A stretch of DNA of 64,000 nt from assembly GCA_035502215.1 (NCBI GenBank), contig DATJUR010000122.1, forward strand, positions 2,952 to 66,951. The letters are read 5' to 3'. Source of the DNA: Acidimicrobiales bacterium. GTDB lineage: Bacteria; Actinomycetota; Acidimicrobiia; Acidimicrobiales; RAAP-2. A model generated the notes under the pieces. That model saw only the letters and a list, made by a program, of their open reading frames with translations. It was not told where the DNA came from and searched no databases. Positions 31,242 through 40,715 of the stretch are shown here, in pieces. Positions within the stretch are counted from its first letter, which is position 1. Each line of letters starts with the position of its first letter. Position numbers and translations under genes: made by a program.

Positions 31242-32660
31242 GTGGGGGCCGTGAGCGCGAGCGCAATCAACGCAACGAGACGAGTGGGCTCGCACCGCTC
31301 GTGGATTCGCCAGCACGCCGTGTCGCTGGCGTTCCTCGCGCCCGCGGCGATTTGGCTGCTGTTTATCGTCGTCTACCCAACGATCGACACCATCCGCTTA
31401 AGCCTCTTTAACGAGTCGGCCACCAAGTTTCTCGGGCTGACTAACTACAAGACCGTCTTTTCAACGGACACCATCCTTACGGCCTTTCGCAACAACGTCA
31501 TTTGGGTGCTCATCTTCCCGTTTTTCGTCACCACGATTGGCCTCATCTTTGCCGTACTCACGGAGCGAATTCGCTGGGCCACCGCGTTTAAGGCGCTGGT
31601 TGTGATGCCGATCGTGTTCAGTACGACGGCGTCGGCTCTCGTGTGGGCGACAATCTTCGACAACAGTCCCCAGATCGGAGCCGTGAACGCGGCTGCGCTC
31701 ACGGTGAGCGACTGGTTCAATCCGCCTGGCGCGTATCCCGTGAGCACAACAGCCGGACAAACGGTGTCCGACCTCGTGGGGAGCAACTCACGGGTCGTAA
31801 AGAACAGCAGCATCATTAGCACCTCGTCGGCCCGAGCGGGCGGGACCATCGATATCGGTCTGCGCGACGTCAGTCCCGCGACACTGACGCTGCTGAAGGC
31901 TCAAAAAGCCGTTAAGCCCCACCCGATGTCGGGTGACATCACGGGGGTCGTGTGGCGCGCGTTCTCACCGAGTGCTCCGACCGATGACAAGGACATTCTG
32001 CCCGGTGAGTTGGGCCTGCCCCTCTTGCACCTCGCTCTGGTCAACTCTCAAGGCTCGACGGTCGCGACGACCACCACTACGACCAGTGGCCAGTACAAAT
32101 TCTCCAACGTCGGTTCGGGCGCCTACTTTGTCGAGCTCACGTCCAACAACTTCAGTTCGGGATTTACGGGCATCTCGTGGCTCGGCGGCAGTTCTCTTAC
32201 GCCGGTCTCGGGCCTGAACCAAACGGCTCAGGCACTCCTCTCGGTCCCGCTCGCCGACATCGCCATGATCATCACGTACCTGTGGATTTGGGCGGGGTTC
32301 GCGATGGTGCTGATCGGCGCCGGGCTTGCGTCACTGAACCGTGAAGTTCTCGAGGCGGCCCGCATTGACGGAGCCAAGGAGTGGCAAGTCTTTCGCCGGG
32401 TGACCGTGCCGATGTTGTCCCCGGTTCTGGCCGTGGTTTTCGTCACCATGATCATCAATGTGCTCAAAGTCTTCGACATCGTCTTGAATATGGCGTCGGG
32501 TTCCTCGGTGAACGCCACGCCCACTCTGGCGGTGGAGATCTATAACGACGGCTTCACCGGTGGGGTTCACTCGGGGGTGTCGAGTGCCATCGCGGTGGTG
32601 CTCTTCTTACTGGTCCTGCCCGCGATGATCATGAACCTCAAGCGGATTAAGGGGGTCTGA
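31242..32660 (+). CDS. Carbohydrate ABC permease (AglF-like) with large extracytoplasmic insert
   Basis: FRNNVIW, WIWAGFAMV, EAARIDGA, LKVFDIV; about 170-aa insert. Confidence 0.9.
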   Translation: MGAVSASAINATRRVGSHRSWIRQHAVSLAFLAPAAIWLLFIVVYPTIDTIRLSLFNESATKFLGLTNYKTVFSTDTILTAFRNNVIWVLIFPFFVTTIGLIFAVLTERIRWATAFKALVVMPIVFSTTASALVWATIFDNSPQIGAVNAAALTVSDWFNPPGAYPVSTTAGQTVSDLVGSNSRVVKNSSIISTSSARAGGTIDIGLRDVSPATLTLLKAQKAVKPHPMSGDITGVVWRAFSPSAPTDDKDILPGELGLPLLHLALVNSQGSTVATTTTTTSGQYKFSNVGSGAYFVELTSNNFSSGFTGISWLGGSSLTPVSGLNQTAQALLSVPLADIAMIITYLWIWAGFAMVLIGAGLASLNREVLEAARIDGAKEWQVFRRVTVPMLSPVLAVVFVTMIINVLKVFDIVLNMASGSSVNATPTLAVEIYNDGFTGGVHSGVSSAIAVVLFLLVLPAMIMNLKRIKGV

Positions 32661-33574
32661 TGGCCAACATCGTGGAGTCGGTTGACCTCACCCCGCGCCG
32701 TCGCGGACTGGCGCGGCGACTGGGTACTCGAGGACCAGCCAACATCGTCCTCGGGGTCATTGCCATCGTGTGGTTGGTGCCCACAGTGTCGCTGCTCGTG
32801 ATCTCGCTGCGCCCCGAAGCGGACTTCGGGGTGAGTGGTTGGTGGAAGGCGCTGCTGAGTCCGGCCAGCCTCACCTTTTCGAACTATCGGGTCCTCTTCG
32901 ACCAGGGGTTTGTGCCGGGTGGCCTGCTCGACTCGCTGATGACGTCGTTGGAAATCACGATTCCCGCGACCTTGTTGGTGACGTTCCTGGCGTGTTTCGC
33001 TGGACACAGCTTGGTCTTTGGCAGGTGGCGTGGGCGTGACGTTGTGTTTTTGGCCGTCGTTGGTCTCATGGTGGTCCCCGTGCAGGTCGCCCTTATCCCG
33101 GTGGTGCAGTTCTACCGCGAGCTGGGGAACCTTTTCGGCCTCAATCCCTACGGCACGATTCCCGGCGTGGTGATCTTTCACGTGGCCTTCGGCCTGCCCT
33201 TCGGGATCTTTCTCATGCGCAACTTCATGAGCGGCATCCCCAAGGACTTGCTGGAAGCAGCTCGCATGGAGGGCGCGGGGGAGTGGAAGGTCTTCTATCG
33301 CATCGTGCTACCGCTCGCCTTGCCGGCCCTGGCGTCGCTGGCGATCTTTCAGTTCATCTGGGTATGGAACGATCTGCTCGTAGCTCTCGTGTTCCTGGGC
33401 GGAAACCTCCACACCCCGCTTACTGTGTTTCTCTACGACCAAAATCACGAACTTCAGGCGAACTACTGGATCATATCGACCGGCGCCATCGTCTCGGTGG
33501 TGGTACCACTCATTGTCTTCTTCTCGTTTCAGCGTTACTTCGTCCGGGGCGTCCTGGCGGGCGCCGTTAAATAG
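32660..33574 (+). CDS. Carbohydrate ABC permease (AglG-like)
   Basis: VPVQVALIP, EAARMEGA, QFIWVWNDLL, FQRYFVRG. Confidence 0.93.
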   Translation: MANIVESVDLTPRRRGLARRLGTRGPANIVLGVIAIVWLVPTVSLLVISLRPEADFGVSGWWKALLSPASLTFSNYRVLFDQGFVPGGLLDSLMTSLEITIPATLLVTFLACFAGHSLVFGRWRGRDVVFLAVVGLMVVPVQVALIPVVQFYRELGNLFGLNPYGTIPGVVIFHVAFGLPFGIFLMRNFMSGIPKDLLEAARMEGAGEWKVFYRIVLPLALPALASLAIFQFIWVWNDLLVALVFLGGNLHTPLTVFLYDQNHELQANYWIISTGAIVSVVVPLIVFFSFQRYFVRGVLAGAVK

Positions 33575-33583
33575 AAAGTTGTC

Positions 33584-34702
33584 ATGGCCAGCGTCACTCT
33601 GAGAAATCTCACCAAGCAGTACACCGGCAACAACGCTCCGTCCCTGCACGCACTCAACCTCGAGATCACCGATGGCGAGTTTGTGTGCCTCGTCGGCCCT
33701 TCGGGCTGCGGCAAGACCACCGCACTTCGCATGATCGCGGGGCTCGAAGACGTCACCAGTGGCGAAATCGAAATCGGTGATCGGGTGGTCAACGACCTGC
33801 CGTCCAGAGACCGCGACATCGCCTTGGTCTTTCAGAGTTACGCGCTGTATCCGCACCTCACGGTGGCCGACAACATGAGTTTTGGCCTGAAGCTGCGTAA
33901 GGTGCCCAAGGCCGAGATCGAACAAGCGGTCCAGAGTGCGGCCAAGATTCTGGACTTGGTGCCCCTGCTGGCCCGCAAGCCGGCCCAGCTCTCGGGCGGC
34001 CAGCGCCAACGTGTGGCCCTCGGGCGCGCCTTGGTGCGCGACCCGGCAGTGTTCTTGATGGACGAGCCACTCTCCAACCTCGATGCGAAGCTTCGTGTGC
34101 AGACCCGGGCTGAGATCGCCCAACTGCACCATCGACTCCAGGCCACCATGTTGTACGTGACTCACGACCAGGTTGAAGCGATGACCATGGCCGACCGCAT
34201 CGCGGTCATGAACCTCGGTGTTTTGGAGCAGTATGGATCGCCACGAGAGCTCTATAACTTTCCGAACAATCTCTTTGTCGCCGGGTTCATTGGTTCTCCC
34301 TCAATGAACTTCGTGACCATGCGACTCAACCGAGACGCGGAACGCATCTTTCTTGCCGGGGTGAGCGCCGACTCCAAGATCAAAGTCACTTTGACCGACG
34401 AGCAGTCAAGCGTTCTAGACAAGAGTGGGGCGAGCGAAGTGGTGGTGGGCGTGCGACCAGAACACCTGAAGGAGGGTTCGCTCGACGGCGCCGGATTCAG
34501 CGCGGTGGCCCAAGTGCAAGTCATCGAGTTCCTGGGCAACGATGAGCACATTCATGTGACGAGTGACGACATGGAACTCGTGGCGATCTTGAACGCGCAC
34601 TCGAGCGTCGCTCGGGGCGATTCGATTACCTTGAGTGCTCCTCCCGACAGGGTCCACTTCTTTGATCCGACGTCGGGTCTCCGGCTGAACCAGTCGGCGT
34701 AA
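33584..34702 (+). CDS. Carbohydrate ABC ATP-binding protein (MsiK/UgpC family)
   Basis: GPSGCGKT, VFQSYALYPH, LSGGQ, DEPLSNLDAKLR, FIGSPSMN. Confidence 0.95.
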   Translation: MASVTLRNLTKQYTGNNAPSLHALNLEITDGEFVCLVGPSGCGKTTALRMIAGLEDVTSGEIEIGDRVVNDLPSRDRDIALVFQSYALYPHLTVADNMSFGLKLRKVPKAEIEQAVQSAAKILDLVPLLARKPAQLSGGQRQRVALGRALVRDPAVFLMDEPLSNLDAKLRVQTRAEIAQLHHRLQATMLYVTHDQVEAMTMADRIAVMNLGVLEQYGSPRELYNFPNNLFVAGFIGSPSMNFVTMRLNRDAERIFLAGVSADSKIKVTLTDEQSSVLDKSGASEVVVGVRPEHLKEGSLDGAGFSAVAQVQVIEFLGNDEHIHVTSDDMELVAILNAHSSVARGDSITLSAPPDRVHFFDPTSGLRLNQSA

Positions 34703-34769
34703 CTCGCTTCGAGCTCGTCGAACCTCTCGTCACTAATCGGCGGCGGATCGTACGACGTTAGAGTTTGCT

Positions 34770-36188
34770 GTGATGGTCTCAGAGGCGCTGCCCCGCTCGT
34801 CACCATCGAGACAAGGGGTATCTGCTGATCGAGTGGGTGAGTTTCTCGACCGTGTCGAGTCCCTTAGTCTCGACCTCCATTCTCTCATGATCGTCAAGAA
34901 CGGCTACGTGGTGGCCGAGGGCTGGTGGCCTCCCTACCGATCCGAGGTTCCCCAACTCACGTACTCGCTCTCCAAGAGCGTCACCTCGACCGCGATCGGG
35001 ATTGCCCAGTCGGAGGGTCTGTTGTCGATTGACGACTCGGTTGTCTCCTTCTTTGGGGAGAAGGCGAAGAAGAGCCACTCCACGTATCTCTCGCAGTTGA
35101 AGGTTCGCCACCTGCTCGCAATGTCCAGCGGACACCTGCACGACACGTGGCCCGAGATATCCGCGGGTGACTCTGACTTCGTCACTCACTTTCTGGCCAT
35201 CGAGCCGGATCGGGCGCCCGGAACGACCTTTTGTTATAACCAGGGCTGCACGTACACCTTGTCCGCGCTCATCTCGCGACTGACCGGCTCGACCCTCTGG
35301 GAGTACCTACGACCTCGGCTCTTTGACCCCTTGGGAGTGACCAATCTCGAGTGGCTGACATCGCGCGAGGGAATCACCCTTGGTTTCACGGGACTTCACT
35401 TAGAGACCGAGTCCATCGCCAAGTTTGGCCTGGTGCAGCTTCACCTTGGCGAATGGCAGGGCCGTCAGGTGGTACCAGCCGACTACCTGGCTCAGGCGCA
35501 CGAGAAGCAGGTTGCCAATGTCGGCTCGTCACGAGAACCCGACTGGCAGCAGGGTTATGGTTTCCAATTTTGGGTGTGCCGGCACGGCGCGTATCGCGCC
35601 GACGGCGCGATGGGTCAGCTGTGCGTCGTCATACCCGAACATGATGCCGTTGTTGTGTGCACCGCGGGTACGCCCGAGGGAGAGATGCAAAGTGAACTGG
35701 ATGCGATATGGGACTGCCTCCTTCCTGGGTTGTCGGTTCCGAGTGAGCCCGACGCGCTCGCCGATAAGAGGCTGGCCCAAAGACTCGATCACCTCGCCAG
35801 TCCCAGTCTTGAGATTGACCCGAACGTCGGCCCGTCGAACGTGGTGTTCACTCGCTCGTCGGCGGGAGCACCTCTGACCGAACACATCACACGCCTTCGG
35901 GTCCATCGATCAGGCTCTCAGTCTTCGCTCAGCATTCGCGCGTTCGGCCGTGAACACTCTTTTCAGCTGATTGACGGCGACTGGTGCCCAGGCACCCTTC
36001 CTGGACTTCACACGCCCTTCGTCGACGTCAGCGTGCGTGGGGGATGGGCTTCATTCGACCGTTACGTGCTCGACGTCGTCTGGCCCGCGTCGCCGCATCG
36101 TCTGGAGCTTCGAGGCGTCCTGGGCACGACGCCCACCTTTGAGGCGACCTGGGCCACGCCTCCGCTTCGTGGCCTTGACAGCTATTAG
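34770..36188 (+). CDS. Serine hydrolase, beta-lactamase/class C-like fold
   Basis: SxxK (YSLSKS), HLLAMSSG, FCYN, GYGFQFW, RADGAMGQ. Confidence 0.88.
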   Translation: MMVSEALPRSSPSRQGVSADRVGEFLDRVESLSLDLHSLMIVKNGYVVAEGWWPPYRSEVPQLTYSLSKSVTSTAIGIAQSEGLLSIDDSVVSFFGEKAKKSHSTYLSQLKVRHLLAMSSGHLHDTWPEISAGDSDFVTHFLAIEPDRAPGTTFCYNQGCTYTLSALISRLTGSTLWEYLRPRLFDPLGVTNLEWLTSREGITLGFTGLHLETESIAKFGLVQLHLGEWQGRQVVPADYLAQAHEKQVANVGSSREPDWQQGYGFQFWVCRHGAYRADGAMGQLCVVIPEHDAVVVCTAGTPEGEMQSELDAIWDCLLPGLSVPSEPDALADKRLAQRLDHLASPSLEIDPNVGPSNVVFTRSSAGAPLTEHITRLRVHRSGSQSSLSIRAFGREHSFQLIDGDWCPGTLPGLHTPFVDVSVRGGWASFDRYVLDVVWPASPHRLELRGVLGTTPTFEATWATPPLRGLDSY

Positions 36189-36265
36189 CGATCGAGTGAG
36201 GATGAGCCAGGAGCGATGTACTCTTCTGTTGAGACGCGGACGGTCGGCTGCAAAGAGGGGAGATC

Positions 36266-37381
36266 ATGAGCGGCGTACGAGTACTGGTGGGAACGCGAAA
36301 GGGGGCGTTCGTGCTTCGCGCGGACGGCACCCGTAAGAACTGGGACGTCGAGGGCCCGTTCTTTGGCGGGTGGGAGATATTCCACATCAAGGGTTCCCCG
36401 GTTGATCCCAATCGCATCTTCGCCTCGCAGTCCACGAGTTGGTTCGGACAACTCATTCAGCGATCCGACGACGGGGGTCGTACCTGGAATCCGGTGGGAA
36501 ACCAGTTTGTCTACGACGGGGTGCCCGGTACCCACCAGTGGTACGACGGGACGCCCCATCCCTGGGAGTTCGCCCGGGTCTGGCACCTCGAGCCCTCGTT
36601 GAGCGACCCGGACACCGTGCTCGCGGGTGTCGAAGACGCGGCCCTGTTTCGCTCGAGCGACGGCGGTGCGACCTGGAGTGAGCTCTCGGGCCTGCGTGGA
36701 CACGACACCGGGTCGGCCTGGCAGCCCGGGGCGGGTGGGATGTGCCTGCACACCATCATCGTGAGTCCGTTGGATCCGCGTCGCATCTTCGTCGCCATCT
36801 CCTCAGCGGGTGCGTTTCGCAGTGACGACGACGGCGCCACGTGGCGCCCGATCAACCACGGGCTGCACTCCGAGGGACTGCCCGACGAAGACGCCGAGGT
36901 CGGTCACTGCGTGCACCGCCTCGCGTTGCACCCGTCGAATCCAGACGTGATCTACATGCAGAAGCACTGGGACGTGATGCGAAGCGACGACGCGGGAGAC
37001 TCGTGGAGCGAAGTGAGTGGCAACTTGCCCTCGGACTTCGGTTTCGCCATCGACGTGCACGCCCACGAACCAGAGACGGTCTACGTCGTGCCTATCACGA
37101 GCGACTCCGAGCACTTTCCCCCGGAGGGCAAACTGCGCGTGTACCGCAGCCGAACCGGCGGCAACGAGTGGGAACCCCTCACCAAGGGACTGCCGCAAGA
37201 AAATTGCTACGTCGACGTTCTGCGCGACGCGATGGCGGTCGACACCCTCGAGGACTGTGGTGTGTACTTCGGCACCACGGGTGGACAGGTCTACGCGTCC
37301 GCCAACGCCGGTGACTCGTGGGAACCGATCGTTCGCGACCTACCGGCGGTGCTGTCCGTCGAAGTCCAAACCTTGGCATGA
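36266..37381 (+). CDS. BNR/Asp-box repeat beta-propeller protein (sialidase-like fold, function unknown)
   Basis: Repeated RSxDGGxTW Asp-boxes; no signal peptide; RBS GAGGGAG. Confidence 0.88.
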   Translation: MSGVRVLVGTRKGAFVLRADGTRKNWDVEGPFFGGWEIFHIKGSPVDPNRIFASQSTSWFGQLIQRSDDGGRTWNPVGNQFVYDGVPGTHQWYDGTPHPWEFARVWHLEPSLSDPDTVLAGVEDAALFRSSDGGATWSELSGLRGHDTGSAWQPGAGGMCLHTIIVSPLDPRRIFVAISSAGAFRSDDDGATWRPINHGLHSEGLPDEDAEVGHCVHRLALHPSNPDVIYMQKHWDVMRSDDAGDSWSEVSGNLPSDFGFAIDVHAHEPETVYVVPITSDSEHFPPEGKLRVYRSRTGGNEWEPLTKGLPQENCYVDVLRDAMAVDTLEDCGVYFGTTGGQVYASANAGDSWEPIVRDLPAVLSVEVQTLA

Positions 37382-37674
37382 TTCGAGTCGTCCTGCCGGC
37401 TCACCTCAGGAATATTGCGAACGTGTCGGGCGAGGTAGAAGTGGAGGTCGCGGGCACCCCTTCGCCAGCGAGTGTGATTGACGCGCTCGAGGGTCGCTTT
37501 CCCGCTCTCCTGGGCACGATTCGTGATCCCGCGACTCAACAGCGCCGCAAGTTCGTCCGGTTCTACGCGTGCGAGAAGGACCTCTCGTTGGAGCCGATCG
37601 ACGTGGAGTTGCCAGAGGACGTGCAGCGAGGCAGGGAGCCCTTCTTTGTGGTGGGCGCGATGGCGGGGGGTTGA
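37378..37674 (+). CDS. MoaD/ThiS-family ubiquitin-like protein
   Basis: 98 aa beta-grasp pattern, C-terminal AMAGG; ATGA overlap with the BNR gene. Confidence 0.88.
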   Translation: MIRVVLPAHLRNIANVSGEVEVEVAGTPSPASVIDALEGRFPALLGTIRDPATQQRRKFVRFYACEKDLSLEPIDVELPEDVQRGREPFFVVGAMAGG

Positions 37675-37708
37675 GCGAACAGGCGCATCAGGACCTACGC
37701 TCGTCGCC

Positions 37709-38218
37709 GTGGACCTCTACGCCAAAGTTCTGATCGTGTCGGACTCGGTTGATCGAGGTGAGCGCGAGGATCTCGCGGGCCCACTTCTCACGGCACGACT
37801 CGAAGAGGTGGGATTTGCGGTCTCCGACTACCGAGTGGTTCCCGATGGCGAGGAGTCCGTCGAGACCTGCCTACGCGTAATGAGCGCCGGGTTCGCTGGG
37901 CTCCTCGTGACCTCGGGCGGGACCGGGTTTTCGCCGCGCGATCTGACCCCCGAGGGAACTGCCCGGGTCATCGAGCGCGACGCGCCCGGACTGAGCGAGG
38001 CGATGCGCCTTGTTAGCCCGCTCGGGCGGCTATCGCGCGGCCGAGCGGGCACCGTTGGTCAGTGCTTGATTCTGAACTGCCCGGGATCGCCGCGCGGGGC
38101 GTTGGAGTGTCTCGACGCCGTACTCGACGTCGTGGCCCACGCACTTGAGTTGCTCACTGACACGTCATCGCCTCACCCGCGCGCAACGAGGGACGGTGGC
38201 GCAACCTCGGCGCCGTGA
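37709..38218 (+). CDS. MogA/MoaB family molybdopterin adenylyltransferase
   Basis: IVSDS, EDLAGP, TSGGTGFSPRDLTPE, LSRGRAG, NCPGSP. Confidence 0.9.
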   Translation: MDLYAKVLIVSDSVDRGEREDLAGPLLTARLEEVGFAVSDYRVVPDGEESVETCLRVMSAGFAGLLVTSGGTGFSPRDLTPEGTARVIERDAPGLSEAMRLVSPLGRLSRGRAGTVGQCLILNCPGSPRGALECLDAVLDVVAHALELLTDTSSPHPRATRDGGATSAP

Positions 38219-38247
38219 TCACCGTGGTGGGCACGCGAGTTCCGAAT

Positions 38248-39324
38248 CTATACGGTGCTGGGTCCGGCCGGGCGGTTCGTAGTGTCTCCGGGAAGCGAGG
38301 GCGAGGAGAGCCCCGACTCATCGGTCCCCAGAAGTCGACGACTCTGCAGTTTGTACAAGAGAAGAAAAGACGGACCGACCAACACCACGGCGACGACGAA
38401 GACCGCAAAGAGAGCATCCAGCGTCGACTGAGGAGCACCGCCGGTGCTGAGGGTTACGGAGGTACCAGGCAGCAAGACGGGATACTGGGCGACGCCCCAC
38501 GCCCAGATGACCGCGCCAACACCCAGCGCGGCGACCGAGCGCGCCCCCAGGTGTCGCATCGTGCGCTCGCTCAAAAGAGCGATGGTGACTACCCCGCATA
38601 GGGCGGCAATGATCACCAACGGCAGGGCGCGGCCAGTGAGCCGGTCGTAGAGCAGTCGGTTCGAACCGTGAAGTTCGCCGAGCAGCGCCAGGGACAGCAG
38701 TCCCGCCACGACGGAGGCGAGTTGGGCTCGACGGGCAAAGTAGCGTCGTAACCTCTTGTCACCTCGGCGTGCCGCTTCGCTCGTTAAGTAGACCGCCGCG
38801 AGGTAGGCGCAGGCGGCGACGAATAGAAAGCCGATCAGTAGTGACGTCGGGTTCGACCATGCGGACTGATTCGCGCGGGTGGCGTGAGCCGCGACGCTTC
38901 CGGTGGCGATGGCACCGATCACGGTGCCCATGAAAAACGGAGTGACCAGTGACGACAGCGCGAACGTGGCCCCCGCCACTCGCAAGAGTCGAAGGTCGGT
39001 GATCTCTTTGCGGAACGCAAAGCCAGTGCCACGCAGCACGATTCCCGCCACGGCCAACCACAGGGGCACCGCCGCAGCGGTCATGACCGACGTGAACGCA
39101 CGAGGAAACGCAGTCCAAAAGATGACGAGATCGAAGACGAGCCAGACGTGGTTGGACTCCCACACCGGCGTGATCGATTCGTCGATGAGACGGCGCGGTT
39201 CCCAGCCGCGACTCGCGCCGCCCGCGAGGAGGTCCCACAGTCCGCCCCCGAAGTCGGCACCTCCGAAAATGGCGTAGAGCGCGATCCCGACCAACAAGAT
39301 GGCGCCAATGGCCGCTGGCATCAC
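38248..39324 (-). CDS. cydB: Cytochrome bd ubiquinol oxidase subunit II-like
   Basis: GGADFGGG, PVWESNHVWL, LRGTGFAFR. Confidence 0.9.
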   Translation of the reverse strand: MMPAAIGAILLVGIALYAIFGGADFGGGLWDLLAGGASRGWEPRRLIDESITPVWESNHVWLVFDLVIFWTAFPRAFTSVMTAAAVPLWLAVAGIVLRGTGFAFRKEITDLRLLRVAGATFALSSLVTPFFMGTVIGAIATGSVAAHATRANQSAWSNPTSLLIGFLFVAACAYLAAVYLTSEAARRGDKRLRRYFARRAQLASVVAGLLSLALLGELHGSNRLLYDRLTGRALPLVIIAALCGVVTIALLSERTMRHLGARSVAALGVGAVIWAWGVAQYPVLLPGTSVTLSTGGAPQSTLDALFAVFVVAVVLVGPSFLLLYKLQSRRLLGTDESGLSSPSLPGDTTNRPAGPSTV

Positions 39325-40715
39325 ACCCCCGCTCCCACGTCGTCACGGCCCGGCGGCGTCGGACCATAGGGCACCGACACCTCTTCAAGGTCGTGGTCGC
39401 GCCACCGACGAGTCAACTGACGCACGATGAGTACGGTGGTCAGACCGAGAACTGCGTACAGGGCGACGATGATCCCGAGAGTGGCGACTACTCCGCCATT
39501 GGTCGTAGCGGCCGCGGCCGTGGTCTGCAAGTGGTACACCACCCAGGGTTGACGGCCCACTTCGGTCACGATCCACCCGCACTCCATAGCAATGATGGCG
39601 GCCACCCCGCTTATGGCGCCGGCCATCCAAAACGGCCGCTGGGGGGGAAGCCGACGACGCCGCAGCCACTCCCATCCTGCCCACACGCCGACGAGCAGCA
39701 AGAAGGTCCCCAGGCCGACCATCGCGTCGAAGCTCAGATGAATAAGCCAGATGACCGGTGGCCGGTCGGCGCGCGGGACGCTGTCTAAGCCAATCACCCT
39801 TGTACTGGGCCGAAAGCCGACCAGCAACGAGTCCATGTCTGGGATCCTCAGTCCCGCATAGACGTGGCCGGCGACGTCGACCCCGCCCAGCCACTCGGCC
39901 ACGTTGCGCGAGGTGTGAACGACGTATTCCATCGCCGCGAACTTGACCGGTTGGTCATGGGCAATCGCTCGGGCCGCCGTGTCACCCACGAAGATCTGAA
40001 TTGGCGTCAAAATGGCCGCCGGAACGAATCCGAGAGAAAAGCCGGTGTAGTGGTACCGGTCGCGTCGGCCGCGCAGGATGCCCACGGCGTAGACGCTGGC
40101 CACGAAGAATCCCGCGACCAGATAGGCCGCGAGGATCATGTGGGGCATCTCATAGGAAGCGGCGTGGTTGAAGTACACGCGCCACGGATCGATGGAGACG
40201 ATGCGTCCGTCTTTTTGAACGAAGCCACCCGGCTGATTCATCCACGCGTTAACAGCGACCACCGACATGGCACCGAAGACACCGCTGATCGCGATGGGAA
40301 CGCCACTCCAAAAATGAGCCCAGCCCGACAGGCGCCGCCACCCGAAGAGGTAGATAGCTGCGAAGATGGCCTCGAGAAAGAAAAAGACCCCCTCGAGAGC
40401 AAAGGGAAAGCCGAGTACGGCGCCGTACCTTCGCATTAATCCGGGCCACAGCAAGCCCATCTCAAAGGACAGTACGGTGCCGGTGACCGCTCCCACGGCG
40501 ATCAGCACCGCCATCACCTGTGACCAGCGCCTGGCGAGCCGCAGAGCTGATTCGTTGTTGCGACGCAATCCGACGTATTCGGCCAGTAAGACGAACGCGG
40601 GCAGCGCGATGCCAAAGCAAGCCAAGATGATGTGGAACCCCAACGTGGTCGCCATCTGAGCCCGCGCTGGCAGAACTTCGGCGTGAACCCGCGCCGCAGC
40701 GATCAGGTTCATCAC
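39321..40715 (-). CDS. cydA: Cytochrome bd ubiquinol oxidase subunit I-like (short Q-loop)
   Basis: LGFHI, FEMG, EGVFFFLEA, HMILAAY, QPVKFAAME, FDAMV, GWIVTEVGRQPW. Confidence 0.93.
   Translation of the reverse strand: MMNLIAAARVHAEVLPARAQMATTLGFHIILACFGIALPAFVLLAEYVGLRRNNESALRLARRWSQVMAVLIAVGAVTGTVLSFEMGLLWPGLMRRYGAVLGFPFALEGVFFFLEAIFAAIYLFGWRRLSGWAHFWSGVPIAISGVFGAMSVVAVNAWMNQPGGFVQKDGRIVSIDPWRVYFNHAASYEMPHMILAAYLVAGFFVASVYAVGILRGRRDRYHYTGFSLGFVPAAILTPIQIFVGDTAARAIAHDQPVKFAAMEYVVHTSRNVAEWLGGVDVAGHVYAGLRIPDMDSLLVGFRPSTRVIGLDSVPRADRPPVIWLIHLSFDAMVGLGTFLLLVGVWAGWEWLRRRRLPPQRPFWMAGAISGVAAIIAMECGWIVTEVGRQPWVVYHLQTTAAAATTNGGVVATLGIIVALYAVLGLTTVLIVRQLTRRWRDHDLEEVSVPYGPTPPGRDDVGAGV

Noticed and set aside
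36266-37381. Calling the BNR protein a sialidase serving the upstream sugar ABC
   Set aside because: Asp-boxes indicate fold only; no FRIP motif or signal peptide, and it is coupled to the Ubl gene
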